Of a DNA stretch of 64,000 nt, positions 1 through 10,839 are shown one piece after another. A model generated the notes under the pieces. That model saw nothing but the letters and a program-made list of their open reading frames with translations, had not been told where the DNA came from and ran no database searches. The position numbers were made by a program, and so were the translations under genes. Source of the stretch: Gammaproteobacteria bacterium (GTDB lineage: Bacteria; Pseudomonadota; Gammaproteobacteria; JAKEHO01); the NCBI GenBank assembly GCA_022614965.1, contig JAKEHO010000043.1, forward strand, positions 10,950-74,949, written 5' to 3'. Every line of letters starts with the position of its first letter. The stretch's first letter is position 1.

Positions 1-1
1 A

Positions 2-2524
2 GATGCCTCCATCAGAGAGCTCGTCGCTCAGCGCGCCTGGCTAATCGACCAGCTTTTGATATCGGCCTGGCGCCGAACAGGTCCCGCAGCAGACGGTTTG
101 GCGCTGGTTGCTGTCGGCGGGTATGGACGTCGTGAGCTCCATCCCGCTTCCGATATTGATATCATGGTTCTCCGCAATGCGCGCATTGGCGATCTCACGA
201 GGCGAGGTATCGAAGAATTCCTGGTCTTTCTCTGGGACATCGGCCTTGAGGTCGCGCACAGCGTACGCACCGTCAAGGACTGTGTGCGAGAAGCCAAAGC
301 CGACGTTACGGTGGCCACCAACCTGATGGAAGCCCGTCTTGTGATCGGTAACCCAACGCTTTTTTCCAGCATGCTAAAGGCTACAGGCCCCAGCGAGATC
401 TGGCCGATTCGGGCCTTCTTCGAAGCTAAATTGCAGGAACAGATCAAAAGACATCGAAAGTTTGATGACGCCGCCCATAATCTTGAGCCAAACATAAAGG
501 AGGGGCCAGGAGGATTACGCGATATTCAAATGATCTCTTGGGTTGCCAGCCGGCACTTTGGCGCGGAAGTACTGCACGATCTCGTGAAAAAACACTTTCT
601 CACGGAAGAGGAGTTTCAGACCCTCGATGAGGGTCAGGCATTTTTATGGCAACTCCGCTTTGCTCTGCATACCCTGACTGGGCGCCGTGAGGACCGATTA
701 CAATTCGATTACCAGCGCCGCATCGCCAATGCATTCGGTTACCAAGATGATACCCGTCAACTCGGCGTTGAACGCCTAATGAAAACTTACTACCGGACGG
801 TTACTGAGCTCAGCCGTGTCAATGAGATGCTCCTGCAACTGTTTCAGGAGGCCATTCTTTATAGTAAGCGGGGAAAAAAGAAAAAAGCCAGAGCCTTAAA
901 CCGCCGCTTTCAGGTACAAAATGACTTTATTGAAGCGCGCCATGACACTATTTTTCAGCGGTTTCCATTTGCATTGCTCGAGCTTTTTCTGCTCCTCCAG
1001 CAACACCCCGAGATAAAAGGCGTGCGCGCCAGTACCATTCGCCTGATCCGGAATCACCGGCATCTCATCGATGAGTCGTTCAGGAACGACTTGAGAAATC
1101 GCAGCTTGTTTCTTGAGATTATTCGCACTCCCAATGCCATCAGCCGCGAACTACGACGTATGCATCGCTATGGCATCCTCGGGGCCTATGTGCCCATTTT
1201 TGAAGCGATCGTCGGGCTAATGCAGTTCGACCTGTTTCACGTCTATACGGTAGACGAACACATACTTTTTGTAATTCGCAACGTGCAGCGCTTCCGAGAT
1301 CCCGAATCTCTGCGCACGCTGCCGCTATGTTTTCACGTAATGCATCAGTTGCCAAAACCGGAGCTATTATATCTCGCGGGCTTGTTTCACGACATTGCAA
1401 AGGGTCGCGGTGCCGATCATTCCGAGTTCGGAGCAAAAGACGCATTGGGGTTTTGCCTACATCACGGTCTAAGTCCATATGACGCCAGGCTCGTCGCATG
1501 GCTTGTATCTCATCACTTAGTGATGTCTCTAACGGCACAACGCCAGGACATATCACACCCTGAAGTCATCAGCCAGTTTGCGCTTGTCGTTGGTGATCGT
1601 ATCCACCTTGACTATCTGTACCTACTTACCGTCGCAGATATTCAAGGAACGAATCCTACACTCTGGAACAGGTGGAAGGACGCCCTTCTTGCCGAGCTCT
1701 ACCACAGCACGCTACGCGCGCTAAGAAGAGGATTAGAAAACCCCATCGACAAAGCGGAGCGTATCGGAGAAACTCAGAGCGCAGCACTAGCGTTGCTGAA
1801 TAAGCAAGCATCGTCAAAAAAAGCGATTATAGAATTGTGGGATCAATTCGGCGAAGATTATTTTTTGCGGCATTCGCCTGACGAGATTGCTTGGCACACA
1901 CAACATATACTCAACACCAGTGAAGATGATTTACCGCTAGTCCTTGTTCGGCCCGAAACCCACCGTGGTGGTACCGAGGTGTTTATCTATATGCATGATG
2001 AAGATCTCATCTTCGCCTCGACCACCACCGCGCTTGATCAGTTAGATCTCACTGTACAAGATGCACGGATCATTACCGCTGCGGGGGGCTACACGTTGGA
2101 CACCTACATTGTCCTTGAGGCGACCGGTGAAGTCATTCGCGATGCTGAACGCGAGCAAGAGATTGTACACGCCCTAAAGCGCGCACTTTCGTCCCTCAAG
2201 TCATTTCCGAAACAGGTGAGTCGAAGAGCGGCTCGACAACTCAGGCACTTCCCAATACCAACAGAAGTCTTATTCAGTTCTGATGCAAAAAACGCGAGAA
2301 CCGTTATGGAAGTTATCGCCACGGATCGACCGGGATTCTTAGCGCGCATCGGTATGGCCATGTTCCGCTGCAGCGTACGCCTGCAAAATGCAAAGATTGC
2401 AACTTATGGGGAACGGGTCGAGGATGTCTTTTTTATTACGGACAAGACTAATAGACCGATCACCGACCCGGCCCAATTGGAGCACCTGCGGCAGTCCATC
2501 ATTGATTCGTTATCCCCACCATAG
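2..2524 (+). CDS. glnD: [Protein-PII] uridylyltransferase/uridylyl-removing enzyme (5' end outside window)
   Basis: Nucleotidyltransferase motif AVGGYGRRELHPASDIDI, NLEPNIKEGPGGLRDI, HD domain (HVYTVDEH...LFHDIAKGRG), two C-terminal ACT domains. The frame is open back to base 2 (DASIRELVAQRAWLIDQLL). Confidence 0.97.
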   Translation, partial: DASIRELVAQRAWLIDQLLISAWRRTGPAADGLALVAVGGYGRRELHPASDIDIMVLRNARIGDLTRRGIEEFLVFLWDIGLEVAHSVRTVKDCVREAKADVTVATNLMEARLVIGNPTLFSSMLKATGPSEIWPIRAFFEAKLQEQIKRHRKFDDAAHNLEPNIKEGPGGLRDIQMISWVASRHFGAEVLHDLVKKHFLTEEEFQTLDEGQAFLWQLRFALHTLTGRREDRLQFDYQRRIANAFGYQDDTRQLGVERLMKTYYRTVTELSRVNEMLLQLFQEAILYSKRGKKKKARALNRRFQVQNDFIEARHDTIFQRFPFALLELFLLLQQHPEIKGVRASTIRLIRNHRHLIDESFRNDLRNRSLFLEIIRTPNAISRELRRMHRYGILGAYVPIFEAIVGLMQFDLFHVYTVDEHILFVIRNVQRFRDPESLRTLPLCFHVMHQLPKPELLYLAGLFHDIAKGRGADHSEFGAKDALGFCLHHGLSPYDARLVAWLVSHHLVMSLTAQRQDISHPEVISQFALVVGDRIHLDYLYLLTVADIQGTNPTLWNRWKDALLAELYHSTLRALRRGLENPIDKAERIGETQSAALALLNKQASSKKAIIELWDQFGEDYFLRHSPDEIAWHTQHILNTSEDDLPLVLVRPETHRGGTEVFIYMHDEDLIFASTTTALDQLDLTVQDARIITAAGGYTLDTYIVLEATGEVIRDAEREQEIVHALKRALSSLKSFPKQVSRRAARQLRHFPIPTEVLFSSDAKNARTVMEVIATDRPGFLARIGMAMFRCSVRLQNAKIATYGERVEDVFFITDKTNRPITDPAQLEHLRQSIIDSLSPP

Positions 2525-2539
2525 AAAGGGATATCCATT

Positions 2540-3574
2540 CTAATCGGGAATTGAACTGCCAGACTTGCGTCCGAGCGTCCGACTACTCTGTTGTAAAAAT
2601 GGTTGAGGCAGCGAGCCGCGCTCACTGTGCCACATTCCTGTCGAGCTGTAGCGCTCCCCGGTGTCCGAGAGCAAGGTCACGATCGTCCGGTATTTTCCGG
2701 TTGCGGCGATGTGCAACGCACCGTAGACATACGCCCCTGAAGACGGCCCAACAAAGAGTCCGTGCTTGGTCAGGCGCTTGCATACAGCCGTTGCCTGCTC
2801 AATGGTGATAGCGATCCGTTCGTCGATTAGCGATTCATCCAGGATTGCAGGAACGATGTCATCAGGCTCGCCAAGGGGTTTAAGGCCCTCTATCCCTGGA
2901 AAGCGCTCCGGGATCACCGCGGCAATGTGAATGTCAGGGTTCACCTCACGCAGGCGTCTCCCCACCCCCGTGATGGTGCCGCCCGTACCGACACCCGCGA
3001 CGAAGGCGTCTGGCAATAAACCGGTTTGAGCTCGCAACTGTGTGAGGATCTCCCGACCCGTGTCCTCGTAGTGGGCCCGCCAGTTATCCTCATTACTGTA
3101 CTGGTCGCAGTACCAGTAGCGCTCAGGAAATTCTTCGGCAAGCCGATGAGCCTCTAACAGGGCAAAATCGTAGCCCTTGAGAGGATCCGTCAAGACCAAC
3201 TCCGCGCCATGCGCCGCAATGCGATCGAGCCGTTCTTTGCTCGCATTGCCGGGTACCACGATGGTTACCGGTATCCCAAGTGCGGCGCCAAGCATTGCAT
3301 AAGAAATGCCTGCGTTTCCCGAAGATGAATCGAGCAATCGACGACCGCCTTCGAGCCTTCCTTCCTGAAGCGCCTGAGTTAGCATGCGCGCAACCGGCCG
3401 ATCCTTGATGGAACCCCCGGGATTTAAGGCTTCAAGCTTTGCAAACAGCCGGGCGGCAGGCGCCGCTTCCGTTACTAGATCCAATTCGAGCAGAGGGGTA
3501 TTGCCGATGCAGGCGATCAGGCCTCCGGCTTCGATGCTTGTTTCAGGCTTTGCTTGGCTCGCGTGAGGTTGCAT
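2540..3574 (-). CDS. cysM: PLP-dependent cysteine synthase family protein (CysM-like)
   Basis: IGNTPL, KLEALNPGGSIKDR (PLP lysine), SSSGNAG, GVGTGGT, VGPSSGA. Start moved to ATG 3574 to avoid overlap with the upstream gene. Confidence 0.85.
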   Translation of the reverse strand: MQPHASQAKPETSIEAGGLIACIGNTPLLELDLVTEAAPAARLFAKLEALNPGGSIKDRPVARMLTQALQEGRLEGGRRLLDSSSGNAGISYAMLGAALGIPVTIVVPGNASKERLDRIAAHGAELVLTDPLKGYDFALLEAHRLAEEFPERYWYCDQYSNEDNWRAHYEDTGREILTQLRAQTGLLPDAFVAGVGTGGTITGVGRRLREVNPDIHIAAVIPERFPGIEGLKPLGEPDDIVPAILDESLIDERIAITIEQATAVCKRLTKHGLFVGPSSGAYVYGALHIAATGKYRTIVTLLSDTGERYSSTGMWHSERGSLPQPFLQQSSRTLGRKSGSSIPD

Positions 3575-3609
3575 GGGGCGGTTCCCTCTATGGCGGCATC
3601 GTGTTCTGT

Positions 3610-5064
3610 TCAGGCATTCGAGGCCGCACAAAATGCCTCGTAATCCACATAGCCGGGGAACTCCGCATGATCGCCGCAGTAGGCGCAGCTCGGGTTGCGA
3701 GGGAGTTTAAGCTCTGAGAAGCGGGCCTTGAGCGCGTCGTAATAGAGCAGTGTGCCGATTAGTGGCTCGCCGACTTCCAATATCAGCTTGATGGTTTCAA
3801 CCGCTTGGAGCACACCGATGACCCCCGGCAGGACGCCCAAGACGCCCGCCTCAGCGCAGGAGGGGCCCAGTTCCGGTGGAGGTGGCTCTGGATACACACA
3901 TCGGTAGCAGGGCCCATGGTGCTTCGGATAGGCTGGCCAGAAGACAGAGACCTGACCCTCAAAGCGGAACACCGCGCCATGGACATTAGGGATGCCAAGG
4001 CGCACGCAGGCATCATTGACCAGATAGCGGGTCGCAAAATTGTCTGACCCGTCCACCACCACGTCGTAACCACGGAAGATCCTCTCGACGTTGTTAGAAT
4101 CCAACCTAACCTCGTGCTCGTTGACCTTGACACGCGGGTTCAGCGCCTCAAGGGTTGCCCGTGCGGAAGCGACCTTAGGGGTACCCACCCTATCATTGGT
4201 ATGCAGAATTTGCCGTTGCAGGTTACTGAGATCGACGAGATCATGATCGACAATTCCCAATGTGCCAACGCCTGCCGCGGCCAGATAAAACGCCGCGGGC
4301 GAGCCGAGTCCGCCGGCCCCAACCAACAACACCTTGGAGTTCAATAGCTTGAATTGGCCCGCTTCACCCACTTCGGGCATTAAGAGGTGCCGGCTATAGC
4401 GCTCGCGGGCATCATGGTCGAGTATTTGTGGGACCTCGAAGGGCAACCCTTCGTTCTTCCAGCGGTTGAAACCACCGCTAACCGACCGCACGTCCGTATA
4501 TCCAAGACGCTTAAGGTCCTCGGCTGCGAACAAGGAACGCATACCGCTGTTGCAGAATACGAGTACGGTCCGGTCGAGATCGGGTGCCACATCTTCGATC
4601 TTCAATTCCAGATAGCTCCGTCCGAGTGGATGAGCGCCAACAGGGCGACCTTCGGCAATCTCCTCGCGTTCACGTACGTCAATGAGCACAGCCCCACCGC
4701 GCCGTAGCGCCTCGGCCTCGCGAGGGGTTACTTGAGGGATCCCCGCTCTGAGTTCTACCAGCCTGCGGTCTTTGGCCCGCACTCCGACACCACCGGCGAC
4801 AGCCGGCACGATCGACAACACGTCACCGTCGGACAGGGCAGTATCTAACCCATTAAGCGAGTTCACATTCTCATTTCCAAGATAAATATTGACGAAATTC
4901 CGCAACTGGCCTTTTGGCGTCATCACCCGCTCGACGATGCCGCCATGGGCCCTACCAAGGGCCTTCAGCGCCTCGCCCACGGTTGTTCCTGCAACGACAA
5001 CCTCGTCGGCGCCCTCAGCAAAGGTCCGCAATGGCATCGGGATCCGGATGGTTACGTCGGCCAT
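3610..5064 (-). CDS. MoaD/CysO-like ubiquitin-like sulfur carrier fused to rhodanese and MoeB/ThiF (E1-like) adenylyltransferase
   Basis: Residues 1-92 are beta-grasp-like and end in IVPAVAGG. Rhodanese follows (LIDVRE...VFCNSGMRS), then E1 (RYSRHLLMPEVG, VGAGGLGS, SNLQRQ, PCYRC, PSCAEAGVLG, CAYCG, DYEAFC). No stop codon after GG. Confidence 0.93.
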   Translation of the reverse strand: MADVTIRIPMPLRTFAEGADEVVVAGTTVGEALKALGRAHGGIVERVMTPKGQLRNFVNIYLGNENVNSLNGLDTALSDGDVLSIVPAVAGGVGVRAKDRRLVELRAGIPQVTPREAEALRRGGAVLIDVREREEIAEGRPVGAHPLGRSYLELKIEDVAPDLDRTVLVFCNSGMRSLFAAEDLKRLGYTDVRSVSGGFNRWKNEGLPFEVPQILDHDARERYSRHLLMPEVGEAGQFKLLNSKVLLVGAGGLGSPAAFYLAAAGVGTLGIVDHDLVDLSNLQRQILHTNDRVGTPKVASARATLEALNPRVKVNEHEVRLDSNNVERIFRGYDVVVDGSDNFATRYLVNDACVRLGIPNVHGAVFRFEGQVSVFWPAYPKHHGPCYRCVYPEPPPPELGPSCAEAGVLGVLPGVIGVLQAVETIKLILEVGEPLIGTLLYYDALKARFSELKLPRNPSCAYCGDHAEFPGYVDYEAFCAASNA

Positions 5065-5480
5065 GTCTCAATACCCTCCTCAACAAACTGTCGCTTTCCA
5101 TTGAGCCGCCACGAGCGTACATCCGCCACCCCCTCGCGGGTCACTGACAGGATCACATAGGACCAGCCCTCCCAGGCCAACGTTCGGTCTGTTTCCGAAG
5201 GCTGGGCAGGATGCTCTGGGTGGGAATGCCAGATCCCGACGATTTCAAGCCCCCGGCGTTTCGCTTCCTGATCGGCGCTGAGCATATCGTCGGGGGCCAG
5301 CTCATATCGGTCATAGGCTCTCTCCGTGTTTAGATTGCGCGCGGTCATGACACGGCATACGTTGACAGCATCCTTGGTCACCTTCCCAGTCATAAGCCCA
5401 CAAACCTCATACGGGTATCCCGCCATCACAATGGATTTGAGGCTGCCGAGTACCTCCTTCGGTATGCGCAGGCCCGCCAT
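5052..5480 (-). CDS. JAB/JAMM (M67) metalloprotease, Mec-like
   Basis: YPYEVCGL plus WHSHPEHPAQPSETD fits the JAMM E...HxH-x7-S-x2-D motif. Overlaps the start of the Ubl fusion gene. Confidence 0.92.
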   Translation of the reverse strand: MAGLRIPKEVLGSLKSIVMAGYPYEVCGLMTGKVTKDAVNVCRVMTARNLNTERAYDRYELAPDDMLSADQEAKRRGLEIVGIWHSHPEHPAQPSETDRTLAWEGWSYVILSVTREGVADVRSWRLNGKRQFVEEGIETWPT

Positions 5481-5686
5481 GACTCAATACTATACTGATT
5501 GCCTAGGTTATTGTGAACGTTCGCCAGCTCAAAACGACAGTGGCCCCGCGGTGTCAATGTGTTAATGGAGTGCAAGCAACCATCAAAAGTTGCCTGTATT
5601 ATGGTGGACGGTGCGCGGCCCGCAGCCACGGCATTGGCGCACAAGCGCGAAGCAACACAAACCCGTACTACTTAACGCTTCTGACA

Positions 5687-6364
5687 GTGACGCTTACAAC
5701 CCCGCTTACTGAAGGCGAACTCCTCGAAAGAGCGCAGTCTATCGCCGGGCTGACCTTCGCTGAGGTCGCAGGTCCGCTTGGCTGGCCTGTACCGGAGACT
5801 CTCCACCAGGCCAAGGGCTGGGTCGGCGAGCTCATGGAAACGTGCCTTGGCGCCAGCGCCTCGTCCCTACCGGAACCCGATTTTCAAGCGATTGGCGTCG
5901 AGTTAAAGACCATCCCAGTGGACCGGAATGGTCGCCCCAAGGAATCAACCTACGTGTGCGCCGTGCCGCTGACGGGCAATCTGGATCTTACCTGGGAGAC
6001 CTCCGTGGTGCGGCAAAAGCTCGCTCGGGTGCTCTGGGTCCCCGTGGAGGCAGATCCCCGCATCCCAGTGCCAGAGAGACGCATTGGCTCCCCGCTCCTA
6101 TGGAGCCCCGGCCCAACGGAAGAAGCTGCGCTACGCGCCGACTGGGAGGAGCTGATGGAATTGGTCATTATGGGAGAGCTTGATCAGCTGACGGGGGAAT
6201 TAGGCACGTACCTTCAGATCCGGCCGAAGGCCCCCAATGCGCGCGCCTTGCGCGAGAGCACCAGTGAGACGGGTGAAAAGGCGCTGACCCTGCCACGCGG
6301 GTTTTATCTCAGGACCTCGTTCACCACCGAGATCCTTAATCGACACTACCTACGCCGTGGATAG
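5687..6364 (+). CDS. mutH: DNA mismatch repair endonuclease MutH
   Basis: ELLERAQSIAGLT, KGWVGELME, GASASSLPEPDF, GVELKTIP, KESTYVC, YLQIRPKA, PRGFYLR. GTG 5687 chosen as start by MutH length; exact start uncertain. Confidence 0.92.
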   Translation: MTLTTPLTEGELLERAQSIAGLTFAEVAGPLGWPVPETLHQAKGWVGELMETCLGASASSLPEPDFQAIGVELKTIPVDRNGRPKESTYVCAVPLTGNLDLTWETSVVRQKLARVLWVPVEADPRIPVPERRIGSPLLWSPGPTEEAALRADWEELMELVIMGELDQLTGELGTYLQIRPKAPNARALRESTSETGEKALTLPRGFYLRTSFTTEILNRHYLRRG

Positions 6365-6488
6365 TATGGTGCCGGTCGATGCACACCGTTCGCCAACACA
6401 AAGCGTCCGCTTGGCGCCGAATGAAAAAGTTTGCTCCCAGCATAACGAGTGCCATGCTAAGGGTCGCCTCCACCTTGAGGCAGCAAGA

Positions 6489-7553
6489 TTGACTCACCGT
6501 CTGTCAATCGCGCCGATGATGGAACGAACCGACCGTCATTTCCGGTACTTTCTTCGACTCATCACACGGCGTGTGCAGCTGTACACAGAAATGATTACAA
6601 CCAGTGCATTGCTCCACGGCGAGCCGGCACGGCTACTTGCCTATAACGAAGCCGAACATCCGATAGGCGTGCAACTGGGTGGCAGCGATCCGGCAGAACT
6701 CGCCCACTGCGCTCGGCTGGCCCATCAATACGGCTACGATGAAGTCAACTTCAACGTCGGCTGCCCGAGCCATCGGGTGCAGACTGGCCGATTCGGGGTG
6801 TGCCTTATGGGGGAACCTGAACTGGTCGCCGATTGCGTGATCGCGATGCAGGAAGCTGTAGCTTTACCCGTGACGGTAAAGACGCGGCTTGGTTTCGATG
6901 ATCGGGATTCCTACGCGGACCTGACCCGGTTTATTGATGCCGTTGCCCAAGCGGGCTGCACGACGTTTATCCTCCATGCCCGCAAAGCCTGGCTACAAGG
7001 GCTAAGCCCAAAGAAGAACCGCAACATTCCACCGCTTCGCTATGACGTAGTGCACAACATCAAAGAAGACTTCCCGCATTTGACGATCATTATCAATGGC
7101 GGGATCACATCGCTGGAGCAGGTGAAGGAACAGTTGAAGCGCGTCGATGGCGTAATGATTGGACGTATTGCTTGCCACGATCCGTACATGCTTGCAAATG
7201 CTGACCGGCAGATTTACAGCGATAAGTTGCGAGCATTAAGCCGATTTGACGTGCTCAAGCACTATATACCGTATGTAAAACGCCAATTGATCGACGGCGT
7301 TGGCTTGAGCCTTCTAACCCGCCCGATACTGGGGCTATTCCAAGGCCAGCCGGGAGCAGGCGACTGGCGGCGCTACCTCAGTGAAAATGCCCATCGGGCT
7401 AGTGCAGGTCTTGAGGTGATCGAGCAAGCCGCAACACAAACAAAAGTGCGTGCGGATCGTACCGTAATGAGATACAAATTCAGCGATCTCAGGCCACTAA
7501 ACAACGACTCAATTCAGTCGGTGCCTCGCCTCTGCGGCATCAGGGGAAATTAG
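6489..7553 (+). CDS. dusA: tRNA-dihydrouridine(20/20a) synthase DusA
   Basis: LSIAPMMERTDRHFR, LYTEM, QLGGSDP, YDEVNFNVGCPS, LHARKAWLQGLSPK, INGGI, GVMIGR. TTG 6489 follows GAGG; start uncertain. Confidence 0.93.
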   Translation: MTHRLSIAPMMERTDRHFRYFLRLITRRVQLYTEMITTSALLHGEPARLLAYNEAEHPIGVQLGGSDPAELAHCARLAHQYGYDEVNFNVGCPSHRVQTGRFGVCLMGEPELVADCVIAMQEAVALPVTVKTRLGFDDRDSYADLTRFIDAVAQAGCTTFILHARKAWLQGLSPKKNRNIPPLRYDVVHNIKEDFPHLTIIINGGITSLEQVKEQLKRVDGVMIGRIACHDPYMLANADRQIYSDKLRALSRFDVLKHYIPYVKRQLIDGVGLSLLTRPILGLFQGQPGAGDWRRYLSENAHRASAGLEVIEQAATQTKVRADRTVMRYKFSDLRPLNNDSIQSVPRLCGIRGN

Positions 7554-7717
7554 CATAAGCTTCAGGTTCCCCAAGCTGCGCTTAGCACAGACGCAGCCCG
7601 TCGGCGAAAAAACGTTACGCACGTCCTTTCGCGATTCACTCTATATATAAGAACGGATGGCTTACGAAGCAATCAATTGCGGCGTGGCAGGTCAATGGCG
7701 CTCGCGACGTTACGAGG

Positions 7718-9601
<1,884 letters not shown>

Positions 9602-9651
9602 TCACCCCCTGCATCGGTGGAAACGAGCACAGCATGGGGAGGATAGTGCTT

Positions 9652-9724
9652 GCTTCCCTACGCCGGTACTACCCGGATCAGGTTCAAAGGGTCGCTCTCA
9701 GCCCGTACACGGGCGCCCCTAGCC
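9652..9724 (-). promoter_or_regulatory. TPP riboswitch aptamer
   Basis: Minus strand reads GCTAGGGGCGCCC...GGGCTGAGAG...ACCCTTTGAACCTGATCCGGGTAGTACCGGCGTAGGGAAGC, with the conserved GCTGAGA and CCTGAT motifs, directly upstream of thiC. Confidence 0.95.
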
Positions 9725-9794
9725 GCACTCGTATGCTATATAATAGCAATCTTCAACGTGAACGCTAGTGTTTTTGTTGCGTCGGGAATTTTAA

Positions 9795-10448
9795 ATGAAT
9801 TTTGACCAAGCACGTTTCAACATGATCGAGCAGCAGATTAGGCCCTGGTATGTGCTCGATCAGGGTATATTAGATCTGATTGCCGAGATTCATAGGGAGG
9901 ATTTCGTCCCGGAAAACTATCGTACACTTGCGTTTGCTGATCTTACGATACCGCTTGGACATGGAGAGGTCATGATGACTCCAAAAGTCGAAGCGAGATT
10001 ACTGCAGGCATTGGCCATCGATCCTGACGATGAGGTTCTCGAAATCGGGACCGGCAGCACCTATCTGACATCGCTGCTGGCGAACCTAGGCGGGCACGTG
10101 TACAGCGTTGACATTTACCCAGACTTTACAACGGCCGCTGCACCTAAACTTAATCGATACAGGATCACTAACGTCACATTGGAGAGAGGGGACGCGGTAA
10201 GTGGCTGGAAGAAAGCAGCGCCGTATGATGTGATTGTGGCTACCGGCTCTGTGCCGGTGTTAAGTGAGGATTTTCAGGAGCAACTCAAACCAGGGGGTCG
10301 TTTGTTTGTCATCGTAGGCGAATCACCGGTTATGGAAGCTACCCTGATCACCCGCGTTGGCAAGGGAGAATGGGCTAGCGAAAGTCTCTTTGAGACCGAT
10401 ATACCGCCTTTAGTCGGGGCCTTGAGACCACGGCCATTCAAGCTGTAG
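9795..10448 (+). CDS. pcm: Protein-L-isoaspartate O-methyltransferase
   Basis: ARFNMIEQQIRPW, VLEIGTGS, APYDVIVATGS, LKPGGRL. Typical pcm-rhodanese-tolC synteny. Confidence 0.92.
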   Translation: MNFDQARFNMIEQQIRPWYVLDQGILDLIAEIHREDFVPENYRTLAFADLTIPLGHGEVMMTPKVEARLLQALAIDPDDEVLEIGTGSTYLTSLLANLGGHVYSVDIYPDFTTAAAPKLNRYRITNVTLERGDAVSGWKKAAPYDVIVATGSVPVLSEDFQEQLKPGGRLFVIVGESPVMEATLITRVGKGEWASESLFETDIPPLVGALRPRPFKL

Positions 10449-10458
10449 CCCGCCAATC

Positions 10459-10779
10459 ATGGAAACAATTACTCCCTCTGAACTCAAGGCATATCTCGAT
10501 GAAGGCAAGCGTAAATTCCTCGTCATTGACGTGCGGGAACCCTGGGAGTATAAGGTGTGCCACATTGAAGGATCTCGTCATATACCGATGGCGCAAATCG
10601 CCGCCAGTAAAGATAAACTCCAACCCGATGTCGAAACCGTCGTGATCTGTCACCATGGTACACGAAGTTTCCAGGTGGCCAATTACCTTGAACAATCCGG
10701 GTTTAGCCGGGTCTCAAATCTAGAAGGCGGGATCGATGCTTGGGCCCGCGAAGTGGACCCCGACATGCCGCAGTACTAA
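10459..10779 (+). CDS. Single-domain rhodanese-like sulfurtransferase
   Basis: IDVREPWE, VVICHHGTRS, NLEGGIDAW. Confidence 0.92.
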   Translation: METITPSELKAYLDEGKRKFLVIDVREPWEYKVCHIEGSRHIPMAQIAASKDKLQPDVETVVICHHGTRSFQVANYLEQSGFSRVSNLEGGIDAWAREVDPDMPQY

Positions 10780-10839
10780 CAATAAGCCAGGATCAGCCGA
10801 CACTGACCGATAGCATAGAAGACACCCAAAGGGGAAACC

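Noticed and set aside
3610-5064. Assigning the Ubl-E1 fusion to thiamine or molybdopterin synthesis (thiS/thiF, moaD/moeB)
   Set aside because: No thiG or moaE neighbours. The coupled partners are a JAMM and a CysM-like enzyme, and thiC is a separate transcription unit.
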